NCBI GenBank assembly: GCA_947244325.1
Contig: CAMXJY010000011.1
Location: 550 to 64,549, forward strand
DNA from: an uncultured Clostridium sp.
GTDB lineage: Bacteria; Bacillota; Clostridia; TANB77; CAG-508
DNA: 64,000 nt
Direction: 5' to 3'
A program made the translations under genes and the position numbers. This document shows positions 50,960 through 60,296 of the stretch, piece after piece. The notes below the pieces were generated by a model. That model was not told the DNA's origin. It worked only from the letters and a program-made list of their open reading frames with translations, and made no database searches. Positions within the stretch are counted from its first letter, which is position 1, and each line of letters starts with the position of its first letter.

Positions 50960-51946
50960 TTACCTCATGCCCTTAACGATAGTTTTCATCATATAGCTCA
51001 CTGAAAACTCAATCATCTGGACATTTTTTTCGGCTATCCATTCAGAAAAGTCCCCATTCATCGTAAGCCTGATAGCATTTTGATTAAGCTTACGATTCTG
51101 TACATGCATAGTTGCTAAAAGTTTATTGAGCTTTCCCTGTTTTGTTCTGATAGCACACTCCACTCCTTCTTTCAGCATCTCATAATTCTCTAAGCCTAAT
51201 GCTGAGATTAAGGCCTCCACATTCTCTGATTCTGAAACAACCTTTTCAAAATCAAGGGCCAGTGTCTTTTGAATATTGACTTTGGCTTCATCTGCCATTT
51301 CGTCAGGAATGCATTTGTCTGCACTTGGCTGTTCAGCCATCATTTCATTTTCTGTAGGCAATACACTTGATCCAGAGCCTTCTCTTTCAGATTGTTCTTG
51401 TACACCTTCGTTTTCTTTGGTAATTGCCGCAGATTCTTCAGGTCGATTTTCTTCAGTTGCAGGTACAGCTTCTTCTAATTTGATTTCTTCAGCAACTGAT
51501 GTAATTTCTTCGTGCTTGATTTCGTCTGAACAAATCTCCTCATTGCCTGCTGGCTTGGTATGATAGGCATTATCGCAAATACGTTGTAATGTCTCATCAT
51601 TTATTACTCTACCTACAATAGTGCCTCCTTGACCATGAATGAAGTTTTCATATTGTAAACCTGTTATAAGCTCAGGTAAAACCCTAACTTCTTTTTTATA
51701 GTTAGAGTTTCTGTAAACAGCATCCTCGCCTTTTATCAGCAGTACCTCTGTATCAGGATTGTAATGCTCTGATGTAAGAACAATCTTTCCCCCTTCATAC
51801 CATTGCCGTTCAATATTAGTTATAACAATGTGGACCACTTTTTTATCATCTTTTATCCTGACAATTGAGCCTTTAACAACCCGATCCCCAATCATTTGAT
51901 TTCTTTCTTCCTTCTCAAGAGTTCTATTTCTTATTGTATGTACCAT
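50960..51946 (-). CDS. Orphan protein with atypical (higher-GC) codon usage
   Basis: 328-aa ORF, RBS, terminator CGGTGTG..CACACCG. Confidence 0.7.
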   Translation of the reverse strand: MVHTIRNRTLEKEERNQMIGDRVVKGSIVRIKDDKKVVHIVITNIERQWYEGGKIVLTSEHYNPDTEVLLIKGEDAVYRNSNYKKEVRVLPELITGLQYENFIHGQGGTIVGRVINDETLQRICDNAYHTKPAGNEEICSDEIKHEEITSVAEEIKLEEAVPATEENRPEESAAITKENEGVQEQSEREGSGSSVLPTENEMMAEQPSADKCIPDEMADEAKVNIQKTLALDFEKVVSESENVEALISALGLENYEMLKEGVECAIRTKQGKLNKLLATMHVQNRKLNQNAIRLTMNGDFSEWIAEKNVQMIEFSVSYMMKTIVKGMR

Positions 51947-52166
51947 ATAAAGTTCTCCCTTCTCTTTTTTATTGTTTTACTGTTCTAAACAATTAAGGTT
52001 TTCTCTCTCCTTTCTAAAAGTGCCATGTTAACTTGTTTCCGATTTTTTTGTTTTTTTATCACCTCACATAAAATATTTTTCATAGTTTCACGCTAAAAAT
52101 TTCTTTACGTAATACTATAAAATTTTACTAATTATACAATGTTTTCTAGGATTTGTAAACTTCAAT

Positions 52167-52228
52167 TTACAAAATTGCCGAAAGCTTTATTTAGTAGGAA
52201 GTACAAATGACTTTCCTGCTAAATAAAA
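52167..52228. repeat. REP-like module behind a terminator
   Basis: TACAAAATTGCCGAAAGCTTTATTTAGTAGGAAGT..ACTTTCCTGCTAAATAAA. Confidence 0.75.
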
Positions 52229-52293
52229 AAAGCATAAAGTTAGATATATTACACCTAACCTTATGCTTTTATAATTAAAATTATTTTTATTTA

Positions 52294-53889
52294 TTATCCT
52301 ATTTCCATTCCTACATCTTCTACTGTTTTAGTATTTGCAGCTTTTTCTGGTTCTCCAAATTGTTTTAATTTTTCATCATCTTTTTCTATTGAATTTCCTA
52401 ATTTTTCAACAATAGAACTAGCAAAGCTACGCATCATTGATTTTATGCCTTTACTTGCTTTTGTTTTATTTTCTGAAATCTTAGTTTTCGCTTCAGATAT
52501 TTTTTCTCCTGCAATTTCTGCTCCATCTAATATTTTACTTCCAGTATATTTAGCACCTTTGGCTACTTTATCTGCTGACCAAACAGCACCTGCAGCTACT
52601 GCTTCTAATGGAATTGATGCTATTGCTACTGCTGTTGCAGCCCCTTTGTAAGTAGCTTTTCCAAATTCCAAAGTTTCTTTTTTTGCTGCTCTTCCAAAGT
52701 CTAAAACTCCATTTTTTGCAGATGTTATACCTGTATCTATTGTATCTTTAACATTATGAGCTGTTTCTTGTACTGTATAAACTCCTGCTCTTGCATATGC
52801 TCCTGCCATTTCTTTAGTATGATCTACTCCTGCTCTAAATTTATCAGCTTTCATAAATCCACTTTCTGCCATTCTTTGAGCAAATTTAGCAATTCTGGAT
52901 TCTTTTTTTACCATATTTTCATCAGTATTAAATCCTTTTGCAGCTATTTCTTCTGCTAATCCTTTTTTTCCAGAAAGTGCAACACCTTTAGCTGCTAAAG
53001 ACGATACCTTTATTTTTCCTTGTGCAAAAAAAGCTTTAAATCTAGTAGAAGCCTTGGTAATTCCTTTTACCGCTCCTGTAACACCTGAATTTCTATCTTT
53101 ATGTGCATTTTGCCATTGCTCTACTTCTTGATTTTTATCAATTGCTTCTCTAGCTAAATTCATATAATTTAAGTCATTTTGTACCTCTACATTTTCTAGT
53201 CCTTCTTTTACATCTTTTCCATATTGTACAGCCTTTTCTACTACAGTTTCTATTCCATTTTCTACATTATTTCTAACAAATTTAGCACCTTCTACTATTG
53301 TTTCTCCTGTCCATTTTGCTCCAAATGCTACTGTATATCCAAAATCTGTTACATTTTCTAATATTTTTCCAGCTCTTGAGTCTTTCATTATGTAATTTGT
53401 ACCTTTTTCAGTTACAACATCTTGCATTCTTTTTGCTAATCCTTTTTGTCCAAACAAAGCTAATCCTTTGGCAATTCCAGATGTTATTTTTACTGCTTTA
53501 TCAACTCTTTTTGCTCTTTTATCTAAAGATTTGTTTTTTACATCTGTAACTTTACTTGTAATAACTTTTGACTTTTTTGGATTTTGACTTTCCCAATATT
53601 CATTTTCTTTAGCTTTTAATCCTGCCTGAGCACCTAATTCTAATGAGTTCGCTATACTTTGAGTATCTATTTCACCAAACTCTTCATTTATTCTATCTAC
53701 TTGTTTTTTTAACCCTCTATTAATTGCAGCAGCTGTAATTCCTGGAATTTGTGGAACAAGATCTGCAAAATTTTTCAAGTCTTTTTTAATATGTTCTTTT
53801 GTTTCTTTAGTACAGTTTTTAAAAGCTTCATTTAATTCAACAAAGTTATTAATATTTTCCTCTGTACTATTCACTTGATTTTCACTCAT
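52294..53889 (-). CDS. Hypothetical Ala/Lys/Gly-rich helical protein
   Basis: 531-aa ORF; internal duplication A(K/A)G(L/V)AL.G.KGLA. Confidence 0.75.
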   Translation of the reverse strand: MSENQVNSTEENINNFVELNEAFKNCTKETKEHIKKDLKNFADLVPQIPGITAAAINRGLKKQVDRINEEFGEIDTQSIANSLELGAQAGLKAKENEYWESQNPKKSKVITSKVTDVKNKSLDKRAKRVDKAVKITSGIAKGLALFGQKGLAKRMQDVVTEKGTNYIMKDSRAGKILENVTDFGYTVAFGAKWTGETIVEGAKFVRNNVENGIETVVEKAVQYGKDVKEGLENVEVQNDLNYMNLAREAIDKNQEVEQWQNAHKDRNSGVTGAVKGITKASTRFKAFFAQGKIKVSSLAAKGVALSGKKGLAEEIAAKGFNTDENMVKKESRIAKFAQRMAESGFMKADKFRAGVDHTKEMAGAYARAGVYTVQETAHNVKDTIDTGITSAKNGVLDFGRAAKKETLEFGKATYKGAATAVAIASIPLEAVAAGAVWSADKVAKGAKYTGSKILDGAEIAGEKISEAKTKISENKTKASKGIKSMMRSFASSIVEKLGNSIEKDDEKLKQFGEPEKAANTKTVEDVGMEIG

Positions 53890-53901
53890 AATCGTTTCTC
53901 C

Positions 53902-54063
53902 CTAATTTTGTATTTCAGTTAAAATTGTATCAATGTTTTTCATTATATTTTTCTTTTGAGAATCTATTTTTTCTAGCATAGCATCTAGAGTTTCTATTGA
54001 AGAATCATCTAAATTAACAATTCTTCCATCTACAAATATCTCACCAATTTTTTCAGTATTCAT
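53902..54063 (-). CDS. Unannotated 53-aa protein MNTEKIGEIFVDGRIVNLDD...
   Basis: AGGAG RBS; fills the gap within the operon. Confidence 0.7.
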   Translation of the reverse strand: MNTEKIGEIFVDGRIVNLDDSSIETLDAMLEKIDSQKKNIMKNIDTILTEIQN

Positions 54064-54072
54064 ATTTTTCTC

Positions 54073-54969
54073 CTATTCATTAATAGCAATATTAAATTCA
54101 GAATTAATTACATCTCTTAATTCTTCAATTTTTGCTACTAAGTATATTGTTTGCTCATTAATAGCATTAGTAATTTCAAGATTACTTTTTTCTACTTCTA
54201 CTAATTCACTTTCCATTTTTTGAATAACATCTTTTTCAAATTTTGATTTTCCTGCAAATCTACTTAATATCTTATTTATTAGATTTGTAATAAAATTGCC
54301 ATTCTCTAATATTGCTACATTTGTATTTCTATATTTTGCAATTTCATCAAAATCTTTTTTAGCCGATAAAATACAATCAGTTAATTTTGCTTCACATTCT
54401 AATATTATTTCATCATATCCAGCATATTTATTTACTAATGCTTCTAATTTTGATGTATAAGTTTCTAATGGGTCTTTTAAGTTTGCTAATAATTCACTAT
54501 ATTTTTCAAACTCTTCTTTATTTACTGTTGAATTTATTATATTTTCAAGTTCTTGTCTTTTTAATATATATTCAGAATATTTTGAACTTTCTTCAAAAGC
54601 TTTTCTATCATCTGCAACTTTTTTAAAATTAGCAAATGCTATTTTCTGATTAGCTTGAAGTTCTTGAATTTCAACTTGTATATTAAAAAATTGTTCTTTT
54701 CTTATATCATAGATTTTTTGAAATTCTTTTTTATATTTATCTAATATTCGATTTTTTTCATTTTCATGATCACTAACATTTTTTCCATAGTACTCTATTT
54801 GACTATCGATGTTTTCTTCTATTGTACTAATTTTAGTTTCATAATAACTACTAATCTCTTTATTAAATTTGGCTATTTGTATTTCTAGTTTTTGAACTTC
54901 TAACTCACTTAAATCTCTTATTTGAGTCATTAATCTAGTTCCTAAATTTTCCATTTTGTATCCCCTCAC
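54073..54969 (-). CDS. Hypothetical coiled-coil protein
   Basis: 298-aa ORF; the true start may be the ATG of MENLG. Confidence 0.75.
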   Translation of the reverse strand: MRGYKMENLGTRLMTQIRDLSELEVQKLEIQIAKFNKEISSYYETKISTIEENIDSQIEYYGKNVSDHENEKNRILDKYKKEFQKIYDIRKEQFFNIQVEIQELQANQKIAFANFKKVADDRKAFEESSKYSEYILKRQELENIINSTVNKEEFEKYSELLANLKDPLETYTSKLEALVNKYAGYDEIILECEAKLTDCILSAKKDFDEIAKYRNTNVAILENGNFITNLINKILSRFAGKSKFEKDVIQKMESELVEVEKSNLEITNAINEQTIYLVAKIEELRDVINSEFNIAINE

Positions 54970-54984
54970 ATTACATATCTACTT

Positions 54985-55152
54985 TTAATTTATCTCTGGT
55001 AAAAAATTATAATCTTCATTATATTTCATAACTCTTTTATATAAAATTGATTCTCTTTTCTTTAGCTCTCTATATAAACTAAGTAATTGTTCATCAGAAA
55101 AATTACTATAATCAATTGTTTTACCCATTATTGTAATTTTTTGTTCTTCCAT
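54985..55152 (-). CDS. Unannotated 55-aa protein MEEQKITIMGKTIDYSNFSD...
   Basis: AAGGAG RBS; first gene of the operon. Confidence 0.7.
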   Translation of the reverse strand: MEEQKITIMGKTIDYSNFSDEQLLSLYRELKKRESILYKRVMKYNEDYNFLPEIN

Positions 55153-55327
55153 AATAGTCTCCTTGTAAAAATAATATCTCTAATACTATTCTAGCATTAA
55201 TTTATTCAAATAAGATAAAAGTAACATAAAAGATATTTTAATTTAATATTTGTAAAATTTGATATATTATATAATACTAATTTTTTCAAAAATAAAAACC
55301 CTTACAAATACTGTAAGAGTTTCTATT

Positions 55328-56797
55328 TTAGTTTACATTATCTACTTTTTTTATCCAAACTGATACACTTCCATCACCGCAATAAAAGATTCCATTTCCT
55401 TCATTATCAACATATACTGGCTCAGATAAATTCCCTGTACAATCATAAAAAACTGAATTTGCTAAATTCTTTCCAACATTCATTTGTATACATCCACCTC
55501 TTTCATCAGACATAACAACTGCCAATCCTGAATTAGGGTGTTCATAATCTCCAAGTCTTGTAAATCCTATTACATTTCTATGGTTAAAATAATCATACTG
55601 TTCTCCATAAGCATAATATTTTCTTAACTTTAATAAAAGATCTAAAATTCCTTGTTTTGGAGAAACTTCTTTTTCTGGTATTCCATAATAATCTCCATAA
55701 AATACACATGGAAAACCATCTTTTCTAAGTAATATAAGTGAATATGCAAGTGGCTTAAACCAATCTAATATCCACGATTCTAGTGCTTGACCTTGCTGTG
55801 TGTCATGATTGTCAACAAATGTAACTGCTTTACTAGGATTTGATGCAACTATTGTTCCATCAAATATTTGACTCATATTAAATTCACCATTACTTACTGA
55901 TGCTCTATAAAAATTATAATGTAATGGTACATCAAATAAACTCATGCATCCTTCTGTTTTGTTTATGTATTCATTTATTACATCTATGTTTGTACTCCAG
56001 TATTCTCCAACTGAAAATAATTTTTTACCTGTATATCCTCTTAAGTCTCCTAACCATTCTGGATAGAATTCTCCTCTAATATGTTTTACTGCATCTAATC
56101 TAAATCCATCCACTGAAGTAGTATCTAAATACCATCTTCCCCATTTTTTTAATTCCCTTATAACATCAAAATTATTTAAGTCTATATCTGCTCCCATTAG
56201 ATAATCATAATTACCATTTTCTTTGTCTACACTCTCATCCCAATGTTTGCCATAAAATTTATAAATTGCTGCAGTCCCTGTATTTTCATCCCAATCAATA
56301 CCATGAAAATGTGTCCAATCCCATTTAAAATCAGAATATGTATTTCCTCTTCCTGGAAAAGTATATTTTGTCCAAACCCTAATTGGTTTTGCTTCAGTTA
56401 AGCTTATATTTCTATTAGAAGCATCATCAACAACAGCTAAAACATCTTCTGTTTCATCTGCTCCCATCTTATGGTTAAGCACGATATCTGCTAAAACTTT
56501 TATATTATTTTCACGCAACACTTTTACTGCATTTACATATTCATCTTTTGTTCCATACTTTGTAGGAATAGCTCCCTTCTGGTCAAATTCTCCTAAATCA
56601 TATAAATCATATACTCCATAACCTACATCATCTTTTCCGCCCGCTCCTTTATAAGCTGGTGGTAACCAAAGATGAGTTATTCCTATATTTTCTAAATGTT
56701 TAGCATCTTTTGTAAGCTTATTCCAAAGTGTAGAATCACTAGGTAAATACCACTCAAAATATTGCATCATAGTATTATTGCCAGACAAATCTATCAC
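55328..56797 (-). CDS. amyA: Cytoplasmic alpha-amylase (GH13)
   Basis: TMMQYFEW, GYGVYDLYDLGEF, DGFRLDAVKH, GEYW, FVDNHD. Confidence 0.93.
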   Translation of the reverse strand: MIDLSGNNTMMQYFEWYLPSDSTLWNKLTKDAKHLENIGITHLWLPPAYKGAGGKDDVGYGVYDLYDLGEFDQKGAIPTKYGTKDEYVNAVKVLRENNIKVLADIVLNHKMGADETEDVLAVVDDASNRNISLTEAKPIRVWTKYTFPGRGNTYSDFKWDWTHFHGIDWDENTGTAAIYKFYGKHWDESVDKENGNYDYLMGADIDLNNFDVIRELKKWGRWYLDTTSVDGFRLDAVKHIRGEFYPEWLGDLRGYTGKKLFSVGEYWSTNIDVINEYINKTEGCMSLFDVPLHYNFYRASVSNGEFNMSQIFDGTIVASNPSKAVTFVDNHDTQQGQALESWILDWFKPLAYSLILLRKDGFPCVFYGDYYGIPEKEVSPKQGILDLLLKLRKYYAYGEQYDYFNHRNVIGFTRLGDYEHPNSGLAVVMSDERGGCIQMNVGKNLANSVFYDCTGNLSEPVYVDNEGNGIFYCGDGSVSVWIKKVDNVN

Positions 56798-56857
56798 TCC
56801 TAATCTCTATTTTTTATACTTGCAAAGTTTTACAAATACTAACTTTCATTTGTAAAT

Positions 56858-57712
56858 TTATTTAACTAATTTCAATATTTCTTCTTTTCTATTCATTATT
56901 GTATCATATCCTGTTTGTACTAATTTATCTGCATCATCTATTTCTAAAAGACTTGCTCCTCTTGCATCTATTTCAATTGCTAAATCAGCTTCTTTTTGAG
57001 CTTTTCTAACATCTTTTAAAGAAAATATATCTACAGTTCTAAGTAAAATTGCAAGTATATCTTCTTTAGGTTCATAATCATCTATTCTAAAACTTAAAGC
57101 TAGAGTTTTATCAGCTCCCATATCTTTTAAAACTTTTACTGGTAAATTATCTTTTGTTCCGCCATCTATAAAATTATATTTTCCATATTGACATGGCGTA
57201 TATACTCCTGGAAAAGACATACTAGCTCTTGTAGCTGTTGCAATTGGTGCATCATAAATATAATCAATATCATCATCTTCTTTATTTATTTTCTTTGATA
57301 AAAATATACATTCTTTTGTTGATATTGTGTCTACTGTTGCAATTGCATAAGGAATCTTAATTTGATTCATATTAGTTATTTCTTTGTCTTTTGACACTGT
57401 TTTTACTAAATTTTCAATATTTTCTCCAGGTACTAATCCTTCAATTTTAGCTACTCCTGAAGTTACATATGAAAATCCTGCTTTAAATATTGGCTTTTTC
57501 TCTATTTTTGTAAGCATTTTATAGCATTCCATTGTTTTATCTTTTATTTCACTAGTTGTATATCCCATTGCATAAAAACTTGCAAATATACTTCCTGAAC
57601 TAGTTCCAGATAAATAATCAATTTTTATTCCTAATTCTTCTAATGCTTTTAGTGCTCCTATATGAGCTAATCCTTTTAAGCCTCCGCCTGCTAATGCTAC
57701 TCCTAAACTCAT
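56858..57712 (-). CDS. Patatin-like phospholipase
   Basis: GGGLKG, GTSSG, DGG. Confidence 0.92.
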   Translation of the reverse strand: MSLGVALAGGGLKGLAHIGALKALEELGIKIDYLSGTSSGSIFASFYAMGYTTSEIKDKTMECYKMLTKIEKKPIFKAGFSYVTSGVAKIEGLVPGENIENLVKTVSKDKEITNMNQIKIPYAIATVDTISTKECIFLSKKINKEDDDIDYIYDAPIATATRASMSFPGVYTPCQYGKYNFIDGGTKDNLPVKVLKDMGADKTLALSFRIDDYEPKEDILAILLRTVDIFSLKDVRKAQKEADLAIEIDARGASLLEIDDADKLVQTGYDTIMNRKEEILKLVK

Positions 57713-58801
57713 TTATTCTTCCGATTCTCCTTTTCCTTCTCTTACATATAAAGTTTGTGTTGGATATGCTAAATCTATATTTTCTTTTTCTACTAAAAAT
57801 AATAAACTGCATAATATATCTTGTTTTGCTTTTAAAAATTTAACGTATTCTGACTGTCTAACATATAAAAATATTTTTATATCTGTACTACAACTTGATA
57901 TTGCATCTACATTTACTTCAACTGTTTCTTTTATTACTTCTGGATTATTTTGCAAAACTAATTTAATTTCTTTAACAACTTTTCTTACCTTCTCTGATGG
58001 TGTTTCTAAACTTAAATTTAAAATACAATCAAATCTTCTACTTGTTAATCTATTCCAATTTATAACTGATGTTGAAGTTATTGTTGAATTTGGAATTGTT
58101 ATAACTGTATTATTAGCTGCTTTTATACGTGTACTTCTAAATGTTATGTCTATTACTGTTCCTTGAAACTCTCCAACTTCTATCCAGTCTCCAATTACAA
58201 ATGGTTTATCTGTTAAAATTGCAGCTCCACTCAATACACCTTTAACCATATCTTGTGCAGCTAAAGCTATCGCCGCACTTCCTATTCCTAAACCAGTAAC
58301 TAAAGTTCCAATTCCACCAAAATCTATATTCCATCCATATATTTTTTTTACTACAAAAATAAATGATATTATCCAAAGAATTCCTCGTAGTAACTTACAA
58401 GTAAACTTATTTATAGCTTTATTTTCAGATTTAAAAAACTTTTTATAAACAATAGAATCTTCTGTTATTAATGTTGATATTGCTTTAGTTATGTAATAAA
58501 CTACTATAGTTTCAAATACTGCATTTGATATAAGTATAAATCTTTTGCTTGTTGGCAAAATATTAATCATAAGAAAAATACCTAATAATAAAAAGAACCA
58601 ATTTAAAGGTTTATACATTGTACTATCTTTTGGATTCTTTTTATTTTTGGTTAATTTATAATATACTTTTATTAAAATTTTAGCAAAAAGTGATTTAAAA
58701 ATTATGAAGAAAACTAAAACGCCTAAACCGATTTGTATATCAAAAATTTTAAGCAAATTTTCTAAATCAATTGATGTTAGCATTTCTCTCAATTCTTCCA
58801 T
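57713..58801 (-). CDS. MscS small-conductance mechanosensitive channel
   Basis: ALAAQD, KPFVIGDWI, FRST, IPNS, YPT. Confidence 0.92.
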   Translation of the reverse strand: MEELREMLTSIDLENLLKIFDIQIGLGVLVFFIIFKSLFAKILIKVYYKLTKNKKNPKDSTMYKPLNWFFLLLGIFLMINILPTSKRFILISNAVFETIVVYYITKAISTLITEDSIVYKKFFKSENKAINKFTCKLLRGILWIISFIFVVKKIYGWNIDFGGIGTLVTGLGIGSAAIALAAQDMVKGVLSGAAILTDKPFVIGDWIEVGEFQGTVIDITFRSTRIKAANNTVITIPNSTITSTSVINWNRLTSRRFDCILNLSLETPSEKVRKVVKEIKLVLQNNPEVIKETVEVNVDAISSCSTDIKIFLYVRQSEYVKFLKAKQDILCSLLFLVEKENIDLAYPTQTLYVREGKGESEE

Positions 58802-59355
58802 TTTTTCCTCCGTTTATTATTTTTTAAATAATATGTTAAAATTGCTATATTTACATGTGCAGCTTCAAATTTATTTTCTAAAGCATACTTTATACAATCT
58901 TCTATATTAATTTTTTCTATACTTAAAATTTCTTCTGTATCATCTAAATGTTGCTTTCCTTTTTCAAAATCTTTTGCAACATATACATAAACTTTTTCAT
59001 TTGTATATCCACAAGATGCATAAAAATCAACTAAAAATTCTATATTTTTTGTTTTTATTCCTACCTCTTCTTCTAATTCTCTTATTGCTGCTTGCTCAGG
59101 ATTTTCTCCTTTATCTATCATTCCTGCTGGAAGTTCTAGTACTTCTTTTCCTATTACTTCTCTATATTGTTTAACAAATATAATTTCGTTATTATCATTT
59201 ATTGGTAAAATAACAACTGCATCTCCTGGTTCTACACAGTCTCTAACGTATTTTACTTTGTCTTTTCGTTCATAAATTTTTTGAACAATATTAAATCTAG
59301 GTCCGTTATATTTTATTTCTTCACTAATTAATTTATTCAAAATTCTTCTCCTCAT
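58789..59355 (-). CDS. NUDIX hydrolase (ADP-ribose pyrophosphatase-like)
   Basis: ELPAG..GE..AAIRELEEEVG Nudix box. Confidence 0.92.
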   Translation of the reverse strand: MRRRILNKLISEEIKYNGPRFNIVQKIYERKDKVKYVRDCVEPGDAVVILPINDNNEIIFVKQYREVIGKEVLELPAGMIDKGENPEQAAIRELEEEVGIKTKNIEFLVDFYASCGYTNEKVYVYVAKDFEKGKQHLDDTEEILSIEKINIEDCIKYALENKFEAAHVNIAILTYYLKNNKRRKKWKN

Positions 59356-59483
59356 AATAATTCAAATTAATTATATATTAAAAGAATAAAAATGTATACC
59401 TTTTTTTGGAAAAATAAAAATTGCCCCAATTGTTAATTTTTTTATAACAATTGGAGTAATTTTTTTAAATATATTTAATTATA

Positions 59484-60131
59484 CTAATCTAATTCTACAC
59501 CTGTACTTTCTATCGCTTCTAATAAGTCTTTATCTTCTATAAATGATGTATCTATTATTTCTAAACTATATTTTAATGCTTCTCTTTCTTCACTTGTAAC
59601 TTGTGTATCATTATATAAATCAATAATTTTTCTTAATAACTCTTTTGAGCTTTCTGGAATTTTATATTGTCCTTCATGTTCATTGATTTCTTTTGTTATA
59701 TTATTAAATAGATTCTCTGCATATTCTGTTCCATAATACTTTCTTATTATATCTTTAACCTCATTCTCTCTATTTTCAAGTTCTATATCTTCTGGTCTTT
59801 TTTCAACATCTCTTGCATTTAGATTTATATCTTCTGATTCATCCATAGGCAAAATTCCATTATTAATATCTTCTGACCTTTTTTCTGCTGCTCTCTTTTC
59901 TTCTATTTGTTTTCTTTCCATTTCTTCTTTATTTTCTGAATCGCTACTAGGAACTGCTAATACAAATTTTGTTCCGTCTTCTAGCTCATTCATTTCTTTT
60001 GTAGAATGAACTATTGGCTTTCCTTCTTCATTATATTTTAATGTTCTAATACTTCCTAAAACTATTATTGGAAGAACTATTAATAAAATTATAATAATTC
60101 CTACTATTATTAATTTCTTTTTATTATTCAT
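59484..60131 (-). CDS. Membrane-anchored hypothetical protein, probable ECF target
   Basis: N-terminal TM; preceded by a copy of the ECF promoter. Confidence 0.75.
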   Translation of the reverse strand: MNNKKKLIIVGIIIILLIVLPIIVLGSIRTLKYNEEGKPIVHSTKEMNELEDGTKFVLAVPSSDSENKEEMERKQIEEKRAAEKRSEDINNGILPMDESEDINLNARDVEKRPEDIELENRENEVKDIIRKYYGTEYAENLFNNITKEINEHEGQYKIPESSKELLRKIIDLYNDTQVTSEEREALKYSLEIIDTSFIEDKDLLEAIESTGVELD

Positions 60132-60196
60132 ATTTTTCCCCTCTACTATATAAAATAATATTTACTTTATACTATTAATAATATCATATCTTTATG

Positions 60197-60255
60197 TAAA
60201 TTTCTATCTATATATAAGATTATAAAAATATCCATTTGGTTTCATTAATTTTAAA
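60197..60255 (-). promoter_or_regulatory. Duplicated ECF-type promoter (copy 2)
   Basis: 56/59 identical to 62241-62299; GAAACC..TCTTA on the - strand. Confidence 0.75.
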
Positions 60256-60296
60256 TTTTTTTATTTTTTTGAAACCATTTCACTAAAAATTTAATA

